A stretch of DNA of 32,000 nt from assembly GCF_030684185.1 (NCBI RefSeq), contig NZ_JAUXOY010000005.1, forward strand, positions 1 through 32,000, written 5' to 3'. Of this stretch, positions 1 through 8,956 are shown one piece after another (positions within the stretch are counted from its first letter, which is position 1; every line of letters starts with the position of its first letter). The DNA comes from Methylotenera sp. Lineage in GTDB: Bacteria; Pseudomonadota; Gammaproteobacteria; Burkholderiales; Methylophilaceae. The translations under genes were made by a program, and so were the position numbers. The notes beneath the pieces are model-generated. The model was not told the DNA's origin. It did not search any database and worked only from the letters and a program-made list of their open reading frames with translations.

Positions 1-137
1 ACCTTTGCAAAAGTGTTTAGTGTGGATAAAGTACAAGGCGCACGGAACACAGAAACCGAGATAGTACGCGGTGTACAGCGAGGTTGCGAGTACCGCGCAA
101 CGCAGTAATTTGCCGCAATAAATACTTTTGCAAAGGT
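1..137. repeat. Element bounded by terminal inverted repeats. It could be a MITE-like repeat or a structured RNA. It is cut by, or starts at, the window edge.
   Basis: Bases 1-14 (ACCTTTGCAAAAGT) are the exact reverse complement of 124-137 (ACTTTTGCAAAGGT). The pairing extends imperfectly to about 19 of 21 bp. The core holds two mutually exclusive helices: GTTGCG 83-88 with CGCAAC 96-101, and CGCGGT 67-72 with ACCGCG 92-97. By eye the core is more GC-rich than its flanks. Confidence 0.6.
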
Positions 138-260
138 CTCTCCAAGCAAATCGGTGAATAGCTAAACAATAGTTCACAATCGCTTTGAACGGCTCAGTCA
201 CTTAAATTCCAATTAAGAAATTATAGCCAAGCCACTATCAATAAATTAATTTACATCAGA

Positions 261-641
261 TTAATTTAACGTAATTTTCTCGCCACTATCAGCATGATAG
301 TAAGTCAAATGCGCGCAGTCGTTGGCACCTGAAGTCAGCGAACCGTCAAACAAAGATCTGCCATCCACGTCTACAATGGCATAGCCATTATGGTACAAAG
401 TCACTTCAGCGTGCCTTGGTGCAAGTTTTGGTGCCTGCTTAGAACCTTGGCGCATGGCGAAGCTGATGCAGTTTTCTTCCTCATCCTCTGCATACACTTC
501 CCAGTCCCTACCGCCCGCAAGCTGTGATAACCAAGCAGGCAAGTCTACCTCAACGCGGCAGATAATAGGCTCATCCCACTCCGGATGATTAAGTTCAGCC
601 TGTAAAAGCTCAATTGTGTTTTGTGAATTCGTATTTGTCAT
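261..641 (-). CDS. Hypothetical acidic protein (126 aa); no family recognised
   Basis: Clean ORF with an ATG start and no signal peptide or TM segment. It has an acidic patch (YAEDEEEN). It is transcribed divergently from pilD. I recognise no motif. Confidence 0.55.
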   Translation of the reverse strand: MTNTNSQNTIELLQAELNHPEWDEPIICRVEVDLPAWLSQLAGGRDWEVYAEDEEENCISFAMRQGSKQAPKLAPRHAEVTLYHNGYAIVDVDGRSLFDGSLTSGANDCAHLTYYHADSGEKITLN

Positions 642-897
642 TTTGTTTCCTACTTACTTATTGCACCAAGTATTGCTTGCTGCATTCATTATAATATGAC
701 CTTTATATTTGTGGCAGCTAGTTGCAATTTCAAGAGGCTTGCAGTTTTTAGCTTACTAAACCCCTGCCAATTAAATCTACTATCGCCCAAATTTAACTTA
801 AATTAACCTCCATCAATTGCCACAATCATTTAACGATGCGATGATGCGTTTAGTTTACAAATCACATTTATACCATGCTTAAATTTTAAGGATTGCT

Positions 898-1767
898 ATG
901 CTAAGCGGATTTTCTGATATTTCTATCGTATTACAACAAAATAGCGCAATTTTCATCACACTTTCCGTCATTTTTGGCTTAATGGTTGGTAGCTTTCTGA
1001 ATGTCGTGATACATCGACTGCCTAAGATGATGGAGCGTGAATGGCATAACAACTGCCTTGAGCTGCAAGGCAAAGACCTTCCGGAAATCAGCAAATATAC
1101 ACTCGCTCACCCGCGCTCAGCCTGCCCTAACTGCGGGCACAAAATTACTGCACTAGAAAACATCCCGGTGATTAGTTACCTGTTTTTAAAAGGCAAATGT
1201 AGCAGCTGTAAATCTTCTATCAGCATACGCTATCCATTGATAGAGGCGCTAACAGGCGTCTTAATTGGCTTGGTCAGCTGGAAATTTGGCTATGCCAGCA
1301 TCACGCTTTTTGCCTGGATATTCACTTTTGCACTCATCTCCCTCACGTTTATTGACTTCGACACGCAACTGCTTCCGGACGACATCACGCTGCCACTATT
1401 ATGGCTTGGCTTGCTATTTAATCTAAATTACGGCTTTACTGACTTGAAATCAGCGGTAATTGGCGCGATAGCAGGCTACCTTATCTTATGGTCTATTTAC
1501 TGGGCATTTAAGCTGGTGACGGGTAAAGAAGGTATGGGCTACGGTGATTTTAAATTACTTGCCGCGATAGGCGCCTGGTTTGGCTGGCAGTTATTACCTG
1601 CGGTGATTTTATTGTCATCCATACTAGGCGCGGTAATTGGCATCAGTCTCATTGTATTCACAAAACGCGGCCGTGAAATACCGATGCCATTTGGACCATT
1701 TTTAGCCATTGGCGGTATTGCAGCATTATTTTTAGGGCCTCAACTTGCTAGCTATTATTTAACTTAA
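898..1767 (+). CDS. pilD: Type IV prepilin leader peptidase / N-methyltransferase
   Basis: It has the paired Cys motifs CPNCGH and CSSCK, followed by a polytopic membrane domain with GMGYGDFKL and FGPFLA, as in A24 peptidases. The pilD-coaE-zapD-yacG neighbourhood is conserved. Confidence 0.9.
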   Translation: MLSGFSDISIVLQQNSAIFITLSVIFGLMVGSFLNVVIHRLPKMMEREWHNNCLELQGKDLPEISKYTLAHPRSACPNCGHKITALENIPVISYLFLKGKCSSCKSSISIRYPLIEALTGVLIGLVSWKFGYASITLFAWIFTFALISLTFIDFDTQLLPDDITLPLLWLGLLFNLNYGFTDLKSAVIGAIAGYLILWSIYWAFKLVTGKEGMGYGDFKLLAAIGAWFGWQLLPAVILLSSILGAVIGISLIVFTKRGREIPMPFGPFLAIGGIAALFLGPQLASYYLT

Positions 1768-1770
1768 ATT

Positions 1771-2388
1771 ATGTTTGTCATTGCACTTACTGGTGGTATA
1801 GGTTCAGGCAAAAGCGAAGCCGCAAGACAATTCTCCACGTTAGGGATACCTGTTATAGATACCGATTTAATCGCCCATGAGCTGACAGCCGTTGGCGAAC
1901 CTATACTTGAAGATATCAAACGTATTTTTGGTGCTGATTTTTTTAATACTGACGGCTCATTAAGTCGTGCAAAACTTCGTAAACATGTGTTTAACAACCC
2001 TGTTGAACGACTAAAGCTTGAATCACTGATTCACCCCGCCATTCATGAACACGCTTTAAAGCAACTTGCGGAAAATGAAAGTGCATTAAAGCCTCCTTAC
2101 CAGATTTTGGTCATTCCACTTTTATTTGAAAACAATCGATATGATGATGTGATTGATAAAATATTAGTCATCGATTGTGATGAGAGCCTACAAATTAAAC
2201 GAGCTATGTCAAGGAGTCGAATGACTGAGTCAGAAGTAAAAGAAATGATGGCGGCTCAGGTCACAAGGTCAGTAAGGGTAAATTCTGCAGATGAAGTAAT
2301 ATTAAACAACGGATCGCTTGCAGAATTGCAAGATAATGTAACCGCAGTTCATAAAAAGTTCATTAAAACTTGCATAGTTAAGCAATAA
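1771..2388 (+). CDS. coaE: Dephospho-CoA kinase
   Basis: N-terminal P-loop IALTGGIGSGKS, a typical length of about 205 aa, and the position just after pilD. Confidence 0.9.
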   Translation: MFVIALTGGIGSGKSEAARQFSTLGIPVIDTDLIAHELTAVGEPILEDIKRIFGADFFNTDGSLSRAKLRKHVFNNPVERLKLESLIHPAIHEHALKQLAENESALKPPYQILVIPLLFENNRYDDVIDKILVIDCDESLQIKRAMSRSRMTESEVKEMMAAQVTRSVRVNSADEVILNNGSLAELQDNVTAVHKKFIKTCIVKQ

Positions 2389-2471
2389 ATTTGATAATTC
2401 AGCTCAACTTTAACTTAGATGCTTATATTTATGATTATCACAAAGCGATTTTTATAAGAGTTCATTGATTC

Positions 2472-3230
2472 ATGCCTAGCTACGATTATCCTTTTAACGA
2501 GCGTATACGCACATTCCTTCGCGTAGAGGATTTATTTGCCAAGGTTTTGTACAACGTTGAATCTAGTCATGAATATCAACACCATAGTGCGCTTCTAACG
2601 CTTTTGCAAATACTGGACATCGTTGACCGGTCGGAATTGAGATCAGATCTATTGCAAGAGTTACTTCGCCAAAGAACCGTGATGGAAACACTCCGGGGCA
2701 ATCCTGCCATTGCAGCAGCTAAATTAGACACTATTCTTAATGAAATTGATGTGGCTTCGGATGCCTTACGCGCTGAAAATACTAAGCTTGGCCAAACCTT
2801 GCGCATGAATGAATGGTTGATGAGCATTAAACAGCGTGCGGGTATTCCGGGCGGCGTTTGCGAATTTGATGTGCCTTCCTATCATTACTGGCTGGGACTT
2901 GGCGAAAATAGCCGCAAAACAGACTTAAAAAGCTGGCTTCACCCGCTAATGCCCATGCATGATGCCATTGTCATTATTTTGCGAATATTGCGCGGTAGTG
3001 GCAGCAGCACCAAATTAGTCGCACCTGGTGGCTTGTATCAACAAATGCTTAGCGGTTCAAAACCAGCCCAAATGCTAAAAATTGACATCCCCAGCAGCGT
3101 CACTTGCTTTCCTGAGGTTAGTGCAAATAAATATGCCATTAACATTAGATTCAACATACTGGACTTCACACAAAAACCCCAAAAGTATGACGAAGACGTT
3201 AACTTTACACTAACGCTTTGCAACTTATAG
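2472..3230 (+). CDS. zapD: Cell division protein ZapD (YacF family)
   Basis: The N-terminus (YPFNERIRTFLRVE) and the internal IPGGVCEFDVPSYHYWL region resemble E. coli ZapD. It sits between coaE and yacG. Confidence 0.85.
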   Translation: MPSYDYPFNERIRTFLRVEDLFAKVLYNVESSHEYQHHSALLTLLQILDIVDRSELRSDLLQELLRQRTVMETLRGNPAIAAAKLDTILNEIDVASDALRAENTKLGQTLRMNEWLMSIKQRAGIPGGVCEFDVPSYHYWLGLGENSRKTDLKSWLHPLMPMHDAIVIILRILRGSGSSTKLVAPGGLYQQMLSGSKPAQMLKIDIPSSVTCFPEVSANKYAINIRFNILDFTQKPQKYDEDVNFTLTLCNL

Positions 3231-3329
3231 CACCAGCTTTAAGACTAATTTCAAGCAGCCATCTGTTTGGCAAAAACCAAACTTAAACAGTGTTGCATTA
3301 TCATTAACTTAGAAATACAGCTATCGCAC

Positions 3330-3527
3330 ATGGAAACCAATAAAAAACGTCTAGTCGCTTGTCCTAACTGTAAAAAGCTATCAGAATTTTCATCTGGCAA
3401 TGCCTTCAGGCCTTTTTGTAGCGAGCGTTGCAAGATGATTGATTTAGGGCTATGGGCGAGTGAGCAATATGCGATTCCAGTGGAAATTAAACCTGAAGAC
3501 CTGACCGACGAAAGCTTCGACTACTAA
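3330..3527 (+). CDS. yacG: DNA gyrase inhibitor YacG (zinc finger)
   Basis: Zinc-ribbon motif CPNCKK ... FCSERCK, then DLGLWASE. I prefer the ATG at 3330 (65 aa) over the TTG at 3267 used by the ORF track. Confidence 0.85.
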   Translation: METNKKRLVACPNCKKLSEFSSGNAFRPFCSERCKMIDLGLWASEQYAIPVEIKPEDLTDESFDY

Positions 3528-3554
3528 TTCTTGAATCATTAACGAGATAATAAA

Positions 3555-4052
3555 ATGAATATCCCCACCTTTGCGCACCAGAACTTTAGTCGTTACACGC
3601 TACTATTACTTTGTTTTGGCTTTACCTATACTTTAGACGCCAGCGCAGCCAAAGAGCTTGTTTCCATAAAAGATGCATGGGTACGCCCAACCAGCCCAGG
3701 GCAAGAAGTCGGTGCTGCATATATGACTTTAACCAGCATAAAAGACATGAACCTAGTGAGCGTTGAAAGTGACGTTGCTGATAGCGTGGAAATACACAAC
3801 ATGACGATGGAAAATGGCGTAATGAAAATGCGCATGCTGGAAACGCTACCGCTTAAGGCTGGCGTTCCTTACAGGCTTGCACCTGGCGGCTTTCACTTGA
3901 TGCTATTTGACTTGAAAAAACCGCTTTTAGCTGGCGAAGAAATCAGTTTTGTGATGGCATTTAAGAATAAAAATAAAACGCTATCAACACAAAAAGTTAA
4001 AGCTAAAGTGCAAGCTCCTCCAGAGTCTGGCACAAGCAAAAATTCGCATTAA
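3555..4052 (+). CDS. Periplasmic copper chaperone, PCu(A)C (DUF461) family
   Basis: Signal peptide, then the His/Met-rich copper motif region (VEIHNMTMENGVMKMRM ... GGFHLML) typical of PCuAC. Confidence 0.8.
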   Translation: MNIPTFAHQNFSRYTLLLLCFGFTYTLDASAAKELVSIKDAWVRPTSPGQEVGAAYMTLTSIKDMNLVSVESDVADSVEIHNMTMENGVMKMRMLETLPLKAGVPYRLAPGGFHLMLFDLKKPLLAGEEISFVMAFKNKNKTLSTQKVKAKVQAPPESGTSKNSH

Positions 4053-5062
4053 CGCCAAACACTTCTTAACATAGCAATGCCATGCGCACCATGCAGCTTG
4101 GCGTTTTGTAAGTCCGACTCCTGCATACCCCCAAGCGCATAAACAGGCAAGGAATAGCCTGCAATTAACGCACTAAACTTATCCCAGCCTAGCAGATTAG
4201 CCTCTGGATGGCTAAGCGTTGCCTGCACTGGCGACAGCATGACGTAATCCAAAGCCAGCGATTCAGCCTTTGCCAATTCTTGACTGCTATGACATGAAGC
4301 ACCACATAACATTCCAACAGGTTTTTTCTGTAACTCCATCAAATCCTTAGCACTTAAATGCACCCCTGCAATGCCTAACTCCAACGCCGAGTCAATAGTC
4401 ATTTCCAAATTTGAATTCAAAAACACTTTAGCGCCATAGGGTTTTGCCAATGCCACCAGTTGCTTGATAAACTTTAACAAATCAGCGGCAAAAAGCTGTT
4501 TTTCACGCACTTGTATCATTTTCAAACCGTTATCAAGCGCATTTTTTAATCTATCAAAAAACAAAACTTCACCCAGCTCATGTAAATTTGTAATGGCATA
4601 AACTGAAGCTAAGCTCAGCGCAGTCAGTATTGGTGTATTCGCTGGCAACATCGGTGAAACGGTAAGATTTTCTGGGTGCTGCCAACTTATTGCCTGGTTT
4701 TCCAAGCCAAGCGGCTCTCCTTCCCATTCAGTAACGGTGAAAAAATAGAGTTTTACAGTTTTGGCTGGGACCTCTAACTGGCCTTGAGCATTATATTTAG
4801 CCGCATAATCAAAGGAACGAGTTAGCCATGGATAGACTGATTTAACAGTAATACCTAGCTCTTCAAGCAGTTCACGCTTTAGTGCATGCTCTGGCATTTC
4901 GTCAGTTTCTATCTTACCACCAGGAAACTCCCAATAACCTGCCCAAGGTTTCCCCAACGGTCGCTCTGCCAACAATACCAAACCGTTCGCTCGTTGAATT
5001 ATGCCTACTGCGGCTTCAATCACTTTAGCATCCGTCATTGAAGGTATAGAGTCAGGGCTCAT
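4049..5062 (-). CDS. Nudix (MutT-like) hydrolase fused to a ThiE-like (thiamine phosphate synthase fold) domain
   Basis: Nudix box GGKIETDEMPEHALKRELLEELG, and a C-terminal TMP-TENI-like region (MIQVREK ... GAHGIAMLRSVW). I chose the ATG at 5062 (MSPDS) because the track's longer N-terminus lies inside the upstream gene. ATG 5038 is an alternative start. Confidence 0.8.
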   Translation of the reverse strand: MSPDSIPSMTDAKVIEAAVGIIQRANGLVLLAERPLGKPWAGYWEFPGGKIETDEMPEHALKRELLEELGITVKSVYPWLTRSFDYAAKYNAQGQLEVPAKTVKLYFFTVTEWEGEPLGLENQAISWQHPENLTVSPMLPANTPILTALSLASVYAITNLHELGEVLFFDRLKNALDNGLKMIQVREKQLFAADLLKFIKQLVALAKPYGAKVFLNSNLEMTIDSALELGIAGVHLSAKDLMELQKKPVGMLCGASCHSSQELAKAESLALDYVMLSPVQATLSHPEANLLGWDKFSALIAGYSLPVYALGGMQESDLQNAKLHGAHGIAMLRSVWR

Positions 5063-5954
5063 TGTCAAACATGTTTGGCTTGCTAACCTCTGTAGCAGCA
5101 AGCATCTTTCTACCTGCATAATCCCGTGCAAACTGATAGGCAGCCCTACCGCTGCGCGAGCCGCGTGTGTGTGACCACTGCAATGCAGCAGTCCGCGCAG
5201 CTTCGCTGAACTCTTGAATGCCATAATGACGCAACCATTGCACCGCCACGGTTAGATACTCATCTTGATCAAAAGAATAAAATGATAGCCACATGCCAAA
5301 GCGATCTGACAATGACGTTTTTTCTTCAACCGTATCACCTGGACGAACTTCCCCTCCCAAATGTTGGGTTTCCAGGCTCTCTGCCATGAATTCTGGCAGC
5401 AAATGGCGTCTGTTTGATGTTGCATACACAAGTATATTATCGGCAGTCACTGTCATTGAACCATCCAACACCACTTTCAGCGCTTTATAGCCGCCGTCAC
5501 CTGCTTCAAACGACAAGTCGTCACAAAACACAATAAACCGCTCTGGACGTGAGCGGAGTAAAGCAATAATTTGTGGCAAATCTATTAAATCTTGCTTATC
5601 GACTTCAACAATACGCAAACCATTTTGAGCAAACTGGCTCAACAAAGCCTTTACGATAGATGATTTACCCGTGCCGCGCGCACCTGTCAGCAGTACATTG
5701 TTGGCCGTATAGCCTTGTACAAATTGTGCGGTATTACGCACAATTTCAGCTTTTTGCTGATCAATATTATATAAATCATCAAGTGTAATGATATGCGGAA
5801 ATGGAATCACCTCAAGATACCCATGACCTTTGTTGTGTTGCCAGCGCCACGCGATTGCAGTCCAATCCGGCAAGCTTGGCACGGCTGGCATAATTGCTTC
5901 CAGCTTTGTTAACAAGTTTTCAGCCCGACTAACCACTTGCGCATAGTCCTTCAT
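5052..5954 (-). CDS. AAA-type ATPase, DUF815 family
   Basis: Walker A motif LLTGARGTGKSS and Walker B-like FIVFCDDLSF. Its start abuts the argJ stop (5954/5955). Confidence 0.8.
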   Translation of the reverse strand: MKDYAQVVSRAENLLTKLEAIMPAVPSLPDWTAIAWRWQHNKGHGYLEVIPFPHIITLDDLYNIDQQKAEIVRNTAQFVQGYTANNVLLTGARGTGKSSIVKALLSQFAQNGLRIVEVDKQDLIDLPQIIALLRSRPERFIVFCDDLSFEAGDGGYKALKVVLDGSMTVTADNILVYATSNRRHLLPEFMAESLETQHLGGEVRPGDTVEEKTSLSDRFGMWLSFYSFDQDEYLTVAVQWLRHYGIQEFSEAARTAALQWSHTRGSRSGRAAYQFARDYAGRKMLAATEVSKPNMFDNEP

Positions 5955-7211
5955 TTAGGATCTGTAGTCTGCATTGATTTTGACGTAATCATAAGAGAAA
6001 TCGCAAGTCCATACTGTACATTCTGCATTGCCCCGAGCCAAATCGACCCGCACCAAAATTTCAGGCTCCTTCATTACTGCCGAGCCCTGTTCTTCCAAAT
6101 ATGCTACAGCCCTGCCGCCATTCTCAGCTACCAGCACATCACCTAAATAAAGTTTGAGTGCGTTCACATCTAAACTATCGACACCTGCATAACCAATCGC
6201 CGCCAAAATGCGGCCTAAATTAGGGTCAGACGCAAAAAATGCGGTTTTAATCAATGGCGAATGTGCAATCGCATAAGCCACTTTACGACACTCAACCTCG
6301 TCACGACCGCCTTCTACGCTTACCGTCATGAATTTTGTTGCGCCCTCACCATCACGCACAATCGCTTGTGCCAGTTCAATCGCCACGTCGGTCAAAGCAT
6401 CGCGTAACGTAATGAAATCAGCACAATTTTCAATGATTTCTGTGTTACCCGCCTGATTGGTTGCTATCAAAATCAAGCTATCGTTGGTCGATGTATCGCC
6501 ATCTACGGTAATACAATTGAACGATTTATTCACCGCATAGTGGATAATACTTTCAAGCGCGCCCTGGCTCACAGCCGCATCGGTCGCAATATAGCCCAGC
6601 ATGGTGGCCATGTTCGGGTGAATCATGCCAGAACCTTTGCTGATGCCGGTGATAGTAATCTGCTTGCCACCCAATGTAATCCTGCGTGAAGTTCCTTTGG
6701 CGACAATATCCGTTGTCATAATCGCTTCAGCTGCATTCAACCAATTATCTTCTTTCAGATTTTCAATCGCCGCTGGCAAACCTGCTATCACTTTATCTAC
6801 TGGCAGCGGCTCTAAAATAACCCCTGTAGAAAATGGCAATACTTGGTTAGCTTGCAAATTCAGCAACTTAGACTTATTTAATTGCAAAGCCAGAGCCTCA
6901 CAACTTTGCCTGGCGCGATTTAAACCATCTTCACCCGTACCCGCATTTGCACAGCCCGTATTGATTAACAACGCACGAATGCCCTGTTTTTTATTAAAGT
7001 CTTGCGCCAAAAAGTCTTTACACAAAATCACTGGTGCCGCGCAAAATTGATTCAGCGTAAACACACCAGCCACTCGACTGCCCTCAGCTAAAGTCATCAC
7101 CAATACATCCTTGCGGTTAGGCTTACGCACATGTGCTTCTGCAAAACCTAATTGAACGCCTCTGACAGGCAATAAAGACGAAGCTTGAGGGGCAGTTAAT
7201 TTAACAGGCAT
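5955..7211 (-). CDS. argJ: Bifunctional glutamate N-acetyltransferase / amino-acid acetyltransferase
   Basis: ArgJ autoprocessing region [14 protein letters not shown] and a typical length of about 410 aa. Confidence 0.92.
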   Translation of the reverse strand: MPVKLTAPQASSLLPVRGVQLGFAEAHVRKPNRKDVLVMTLAEGSRVAGVFTLNQFCAAPVILCKDFLAQDFNKKQGIRALLINTGCANAGTGEDGLNRARQSCEALALQLNKSKLLNLQANQVLPFSTGVILEPLPVDKVIAGLPAAIENLKEDNWLNAAEAIMTTDIVAKGTSRRITLGGKQITITGISKGSGMIHPNMATMLGYIATDAAVSQGALESIIHYAVNKSFNCITVDGDTSTNDSLILIATNQAGNTEIIENCADFITLRDALTDVAIELAQAIVRDGEGATKFMTVSVEGGRDEVECRKVAYAIAHSPLIKTAFFASDPNLGRILAAIGYAGVDSLDVNALKLYLGDVLVAENGGRAVAYLEEQGSAVMKEPEILVRVDLARGNAECTVWTCDFSYDYVKINADYRS

Positions 7212-7250
7212 AGCTAATTTCCTTCTATCACTTTTTTTATTATTTTAAAA

Positions 7251-8780
7251 TCAAGCACGACGCCAGGTCGTGCCCTGCGGAGAGTCTTCCAGAATAATGC
7301 CAGCTTCAGCAAGCTCTTTACGAATGCGGTCAGATTCAACAAAGTTTTTGGCTTTTTTGGCTTCGCTTCTAGTTACAATCAATTCATCTATGTTTTCTTT
7401 TGTAATACGAGCTGCCATACCTGACATAGCTGAATCCTGGCCAACCAATGCTCCAACTGCACAATGTGTTGTTTTGACTAAATTTTCAACGATTGAAGTC
7501 AACTGACCCGTACTGCCTTTCGCTTGGATGCCAGTGAGTTCTATAATCACCTCTCCTTGCAAAAATGCATCTGATTTACGCTGCAACAAACCAAGTACTC
7601 CAGCCAGATTCTTCAGCAAACCCGCCGCCTCTGATGACTTAGTTTTATTCGCTTCATTCGCCAAATCAAACAACACTGCCATCGCTTCCGGCGTGTTGAA
7701 GTCATCGTCCATCGCCACCTTAAAACGTGCCGCCTGCGGGTGTTGCCAGTCAATGACAGTATCAACCACATCATGTCCGCGCAAAGCCGTATATAGGCGA
7801 GTAAGCGCTAACTTAGCGTCATCCAAATGCTGGTCGCTATAATTAAGCGGGCTGCGATAGTGCGCGCGCAAGATAAAGAACCGTACCACTTCAGCATCAT
7901 ACTTTTCTAACACGGTGCGAATGGTAAAGAAATTGCCCAAAGATTTAGACATCTTCTCATCATCTACACGCACAAAACCGTTGTGCATCCAGTAATTCAC
8001 CATTTGGCAGGGTTTGCCATCGTGGCTATGTGCCGCTTCAGATTGCGCAATCTCATTTTCATGATGCGGAAACTGCAAGTCCTGCCCGCCACCATGTATA
8101 TCGAAGCGCTCACCTAAGTGATGCGAACTCATGGCTGAACATTCAATATGCCAACCTGGTCGTCCTTTACCTCCATTTGGCCCACCAAAGGGTGAATCCC
8201 AGCTCGGCTCGTTCGGTTTAACGGACTTCCACAACACAAAGTCCATGGGGTCTCTTTTATGCGTATCAACTTCGACACGTTCGCCTGCGCGCAAGTCTTC
8301 AAGTGACTTTCCTGACAACTTACCGTAGCCTTCAAAATTATTCACCGAGTAAAATACATCACCATTAGAAGCTACGTAGGCAAAGCCTTTTTCAATTAAG
8401 GCAGCAATCATTTGAATCATGCCATCTACATATTCGGTGGCTCTTGGCTCTAAATTTGGCCGAATAACACCTAGTTTTTCAGAATCTTCATCCATGGCAT
8501 CAATAAAGCGTTGAGTCAGCTGGCCTATCGTTTCACCGTTTTCATTGGCACGTTTAATGATTTTGTCATCAATATCAGTGATGTTACGCACATAAGTGAC
8601 ATCATAGCCAGAAGTTCGCAGCCAGCGACTCACCATGTCGAAAACCACCATCACTCGCGCATGACCTAAATGACAATAGTCATAGACCGTCATGCCACAT
8701 ACATACATGCTTACTTTGCCTGCAACAATTGGCGTAAAAATTTGCTTTTCACGGGCGAGGGTGTTGTAAATTTTTAGCAT
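7251..8780 (-). CDS. cysS: Cysteine--tRNA ligase
   Basis: HIGH-type motif CHLGHAR, KMSKS motif, and a C-terminal [12 protein letters not shown] matching the E. coli CysS end. I chose the start MLKIYNTL (ATG 8780) by comparison with the E. coli MLKIFNTL. Confidence 0.93.
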   Translation of the reverse strand: MLKIYNTLAREKQIFTPIVAGKVSMYVCGMTVYDYCHLGHARVMVVFDMVSRWLRTSGYDVTYVRNITDIDDKIIKRANENGETIGQLTQRFIDAMDEDSEKLGVIRPNLEPRATEYVDGMIQMIAALIEKGFAYVASNGDVFYSVNNFEGYGKLSGKSLEDLRAGERVEVDTHKRDPMDFVLWKSVKPNEPSWDSPFGGPNGGKGRPGWHIECSAMSSHHLGERFDIHGGGQDLQFPHHENEIAQSEAAHSHDGKPCQMVNYWMHNGFVRVDDEKMSKSLGNFFTIRTVLEKYDAEVVRFFILRAHYRSPLNYSDQHLDDAKLALTRLYTALRGHDVVDTVIDWQHPQAARFKVAMDDDFNTPEAMAVLFDLANEANKTKSSEAAGLLKNLAGVLGLLQRKSDAFLQGEVIIELTGIQAKGSTGQLTSIVENLVKTTHCAVGALVGQDSAMSGMAARITKENIDELIVTRSEAKKAKNFVESDRIRKELAEAGIILEDSPQGTTWRRA

Positions 8781-8956
8781 AATCCGAAGGTTAATAAAAA
8801 TTAAATGAAAGTTATTGTTAATTATCACTTAAGTAAGTGAATTATTTGGGAAATTATCGCGAAATATATAGCATATATCGTAAATGAGCTATTGGATGTT
8901 AGCTAGGCTATTGATAGAATTACGCTTTGTCAGTTAACTAGAAAAAGTATATCACA

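Noticed and set aside
1-108. Frame-1 ORF open from the window edge to the TAA at 106-108 (TFAKVFSVDKVQGARNTETEIVRGVQRGCEYRATQ)
   Set aside because: Only 35 codons are visible, and I recognise no motif. It overlaps the inverted-repeat element, and the opposite strand is also open across the same bases. I cannot tell whether it is the real 3' end of a gene, so I did not report it as a CDS.
1-137. Retron msr/msd or riboswitch identity for the inverted-repeat element. A GGAGAG just outside it on the minus strand briefly suggested a glycine riboswitch.
   Set aside because: There is no reverse transcriptase ORF in the window. There is no long msd-type hairpin, and I could not find conserved riboswitch core motifs. 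I keep these only as low-prior alternatives in the finding.
712-726. Sigma-54-like promoter TGGCAGC-N3-TTGCA upstream of pilD
   Set aside because: The GG-to-GC spacing is one base shorter than the TGGCACG-N4-TTGC consensus. Spacing is strict for sigma-54, and pilD is not typically RpoN-dependent.
4049-4052. 4-nt overlap of the convergent stop codons of the PCuAC gene and the Nudix fusion gene, with no terminator between them
   Set aside because: This is common in compact genomes and is not evidence of special regulation on its own.
6625-7050. 141-aa plus-strand ORF antisense to argJ. Similar antisense ORFs occur inside cysS (7270-7506, 7528-7842, 8030-8335), the MFS gene (18497-18880, 18845-19072, 19092-19475, 19391-19600), the OmpA gene (24363-24794), the 1296-aa gene (many between 25416 and 28724), phoR (20780-21019, 21089-21427) and elsewhere.
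   Set aside because: Each lies wholly inside a strongly supported gene on the opposite strand. Their composition is low-complexity or odd (Ser/Pro/Cys-rich) and they have no recognisable motifs. They are typical shadow ORFs.
8781-8828. Longer N-termini offered by the ORF track for cysS, the Nudix fusion (5063-5224), yacG (3267-3329), the small lipoprotein (23065-23112) and the TetR gene (31103-31138)
   Set aside because: The extensions overlap upstream genes or add residues ahead of conserved N-termini or signal peptides. Internal ATG starts fit homologs better.
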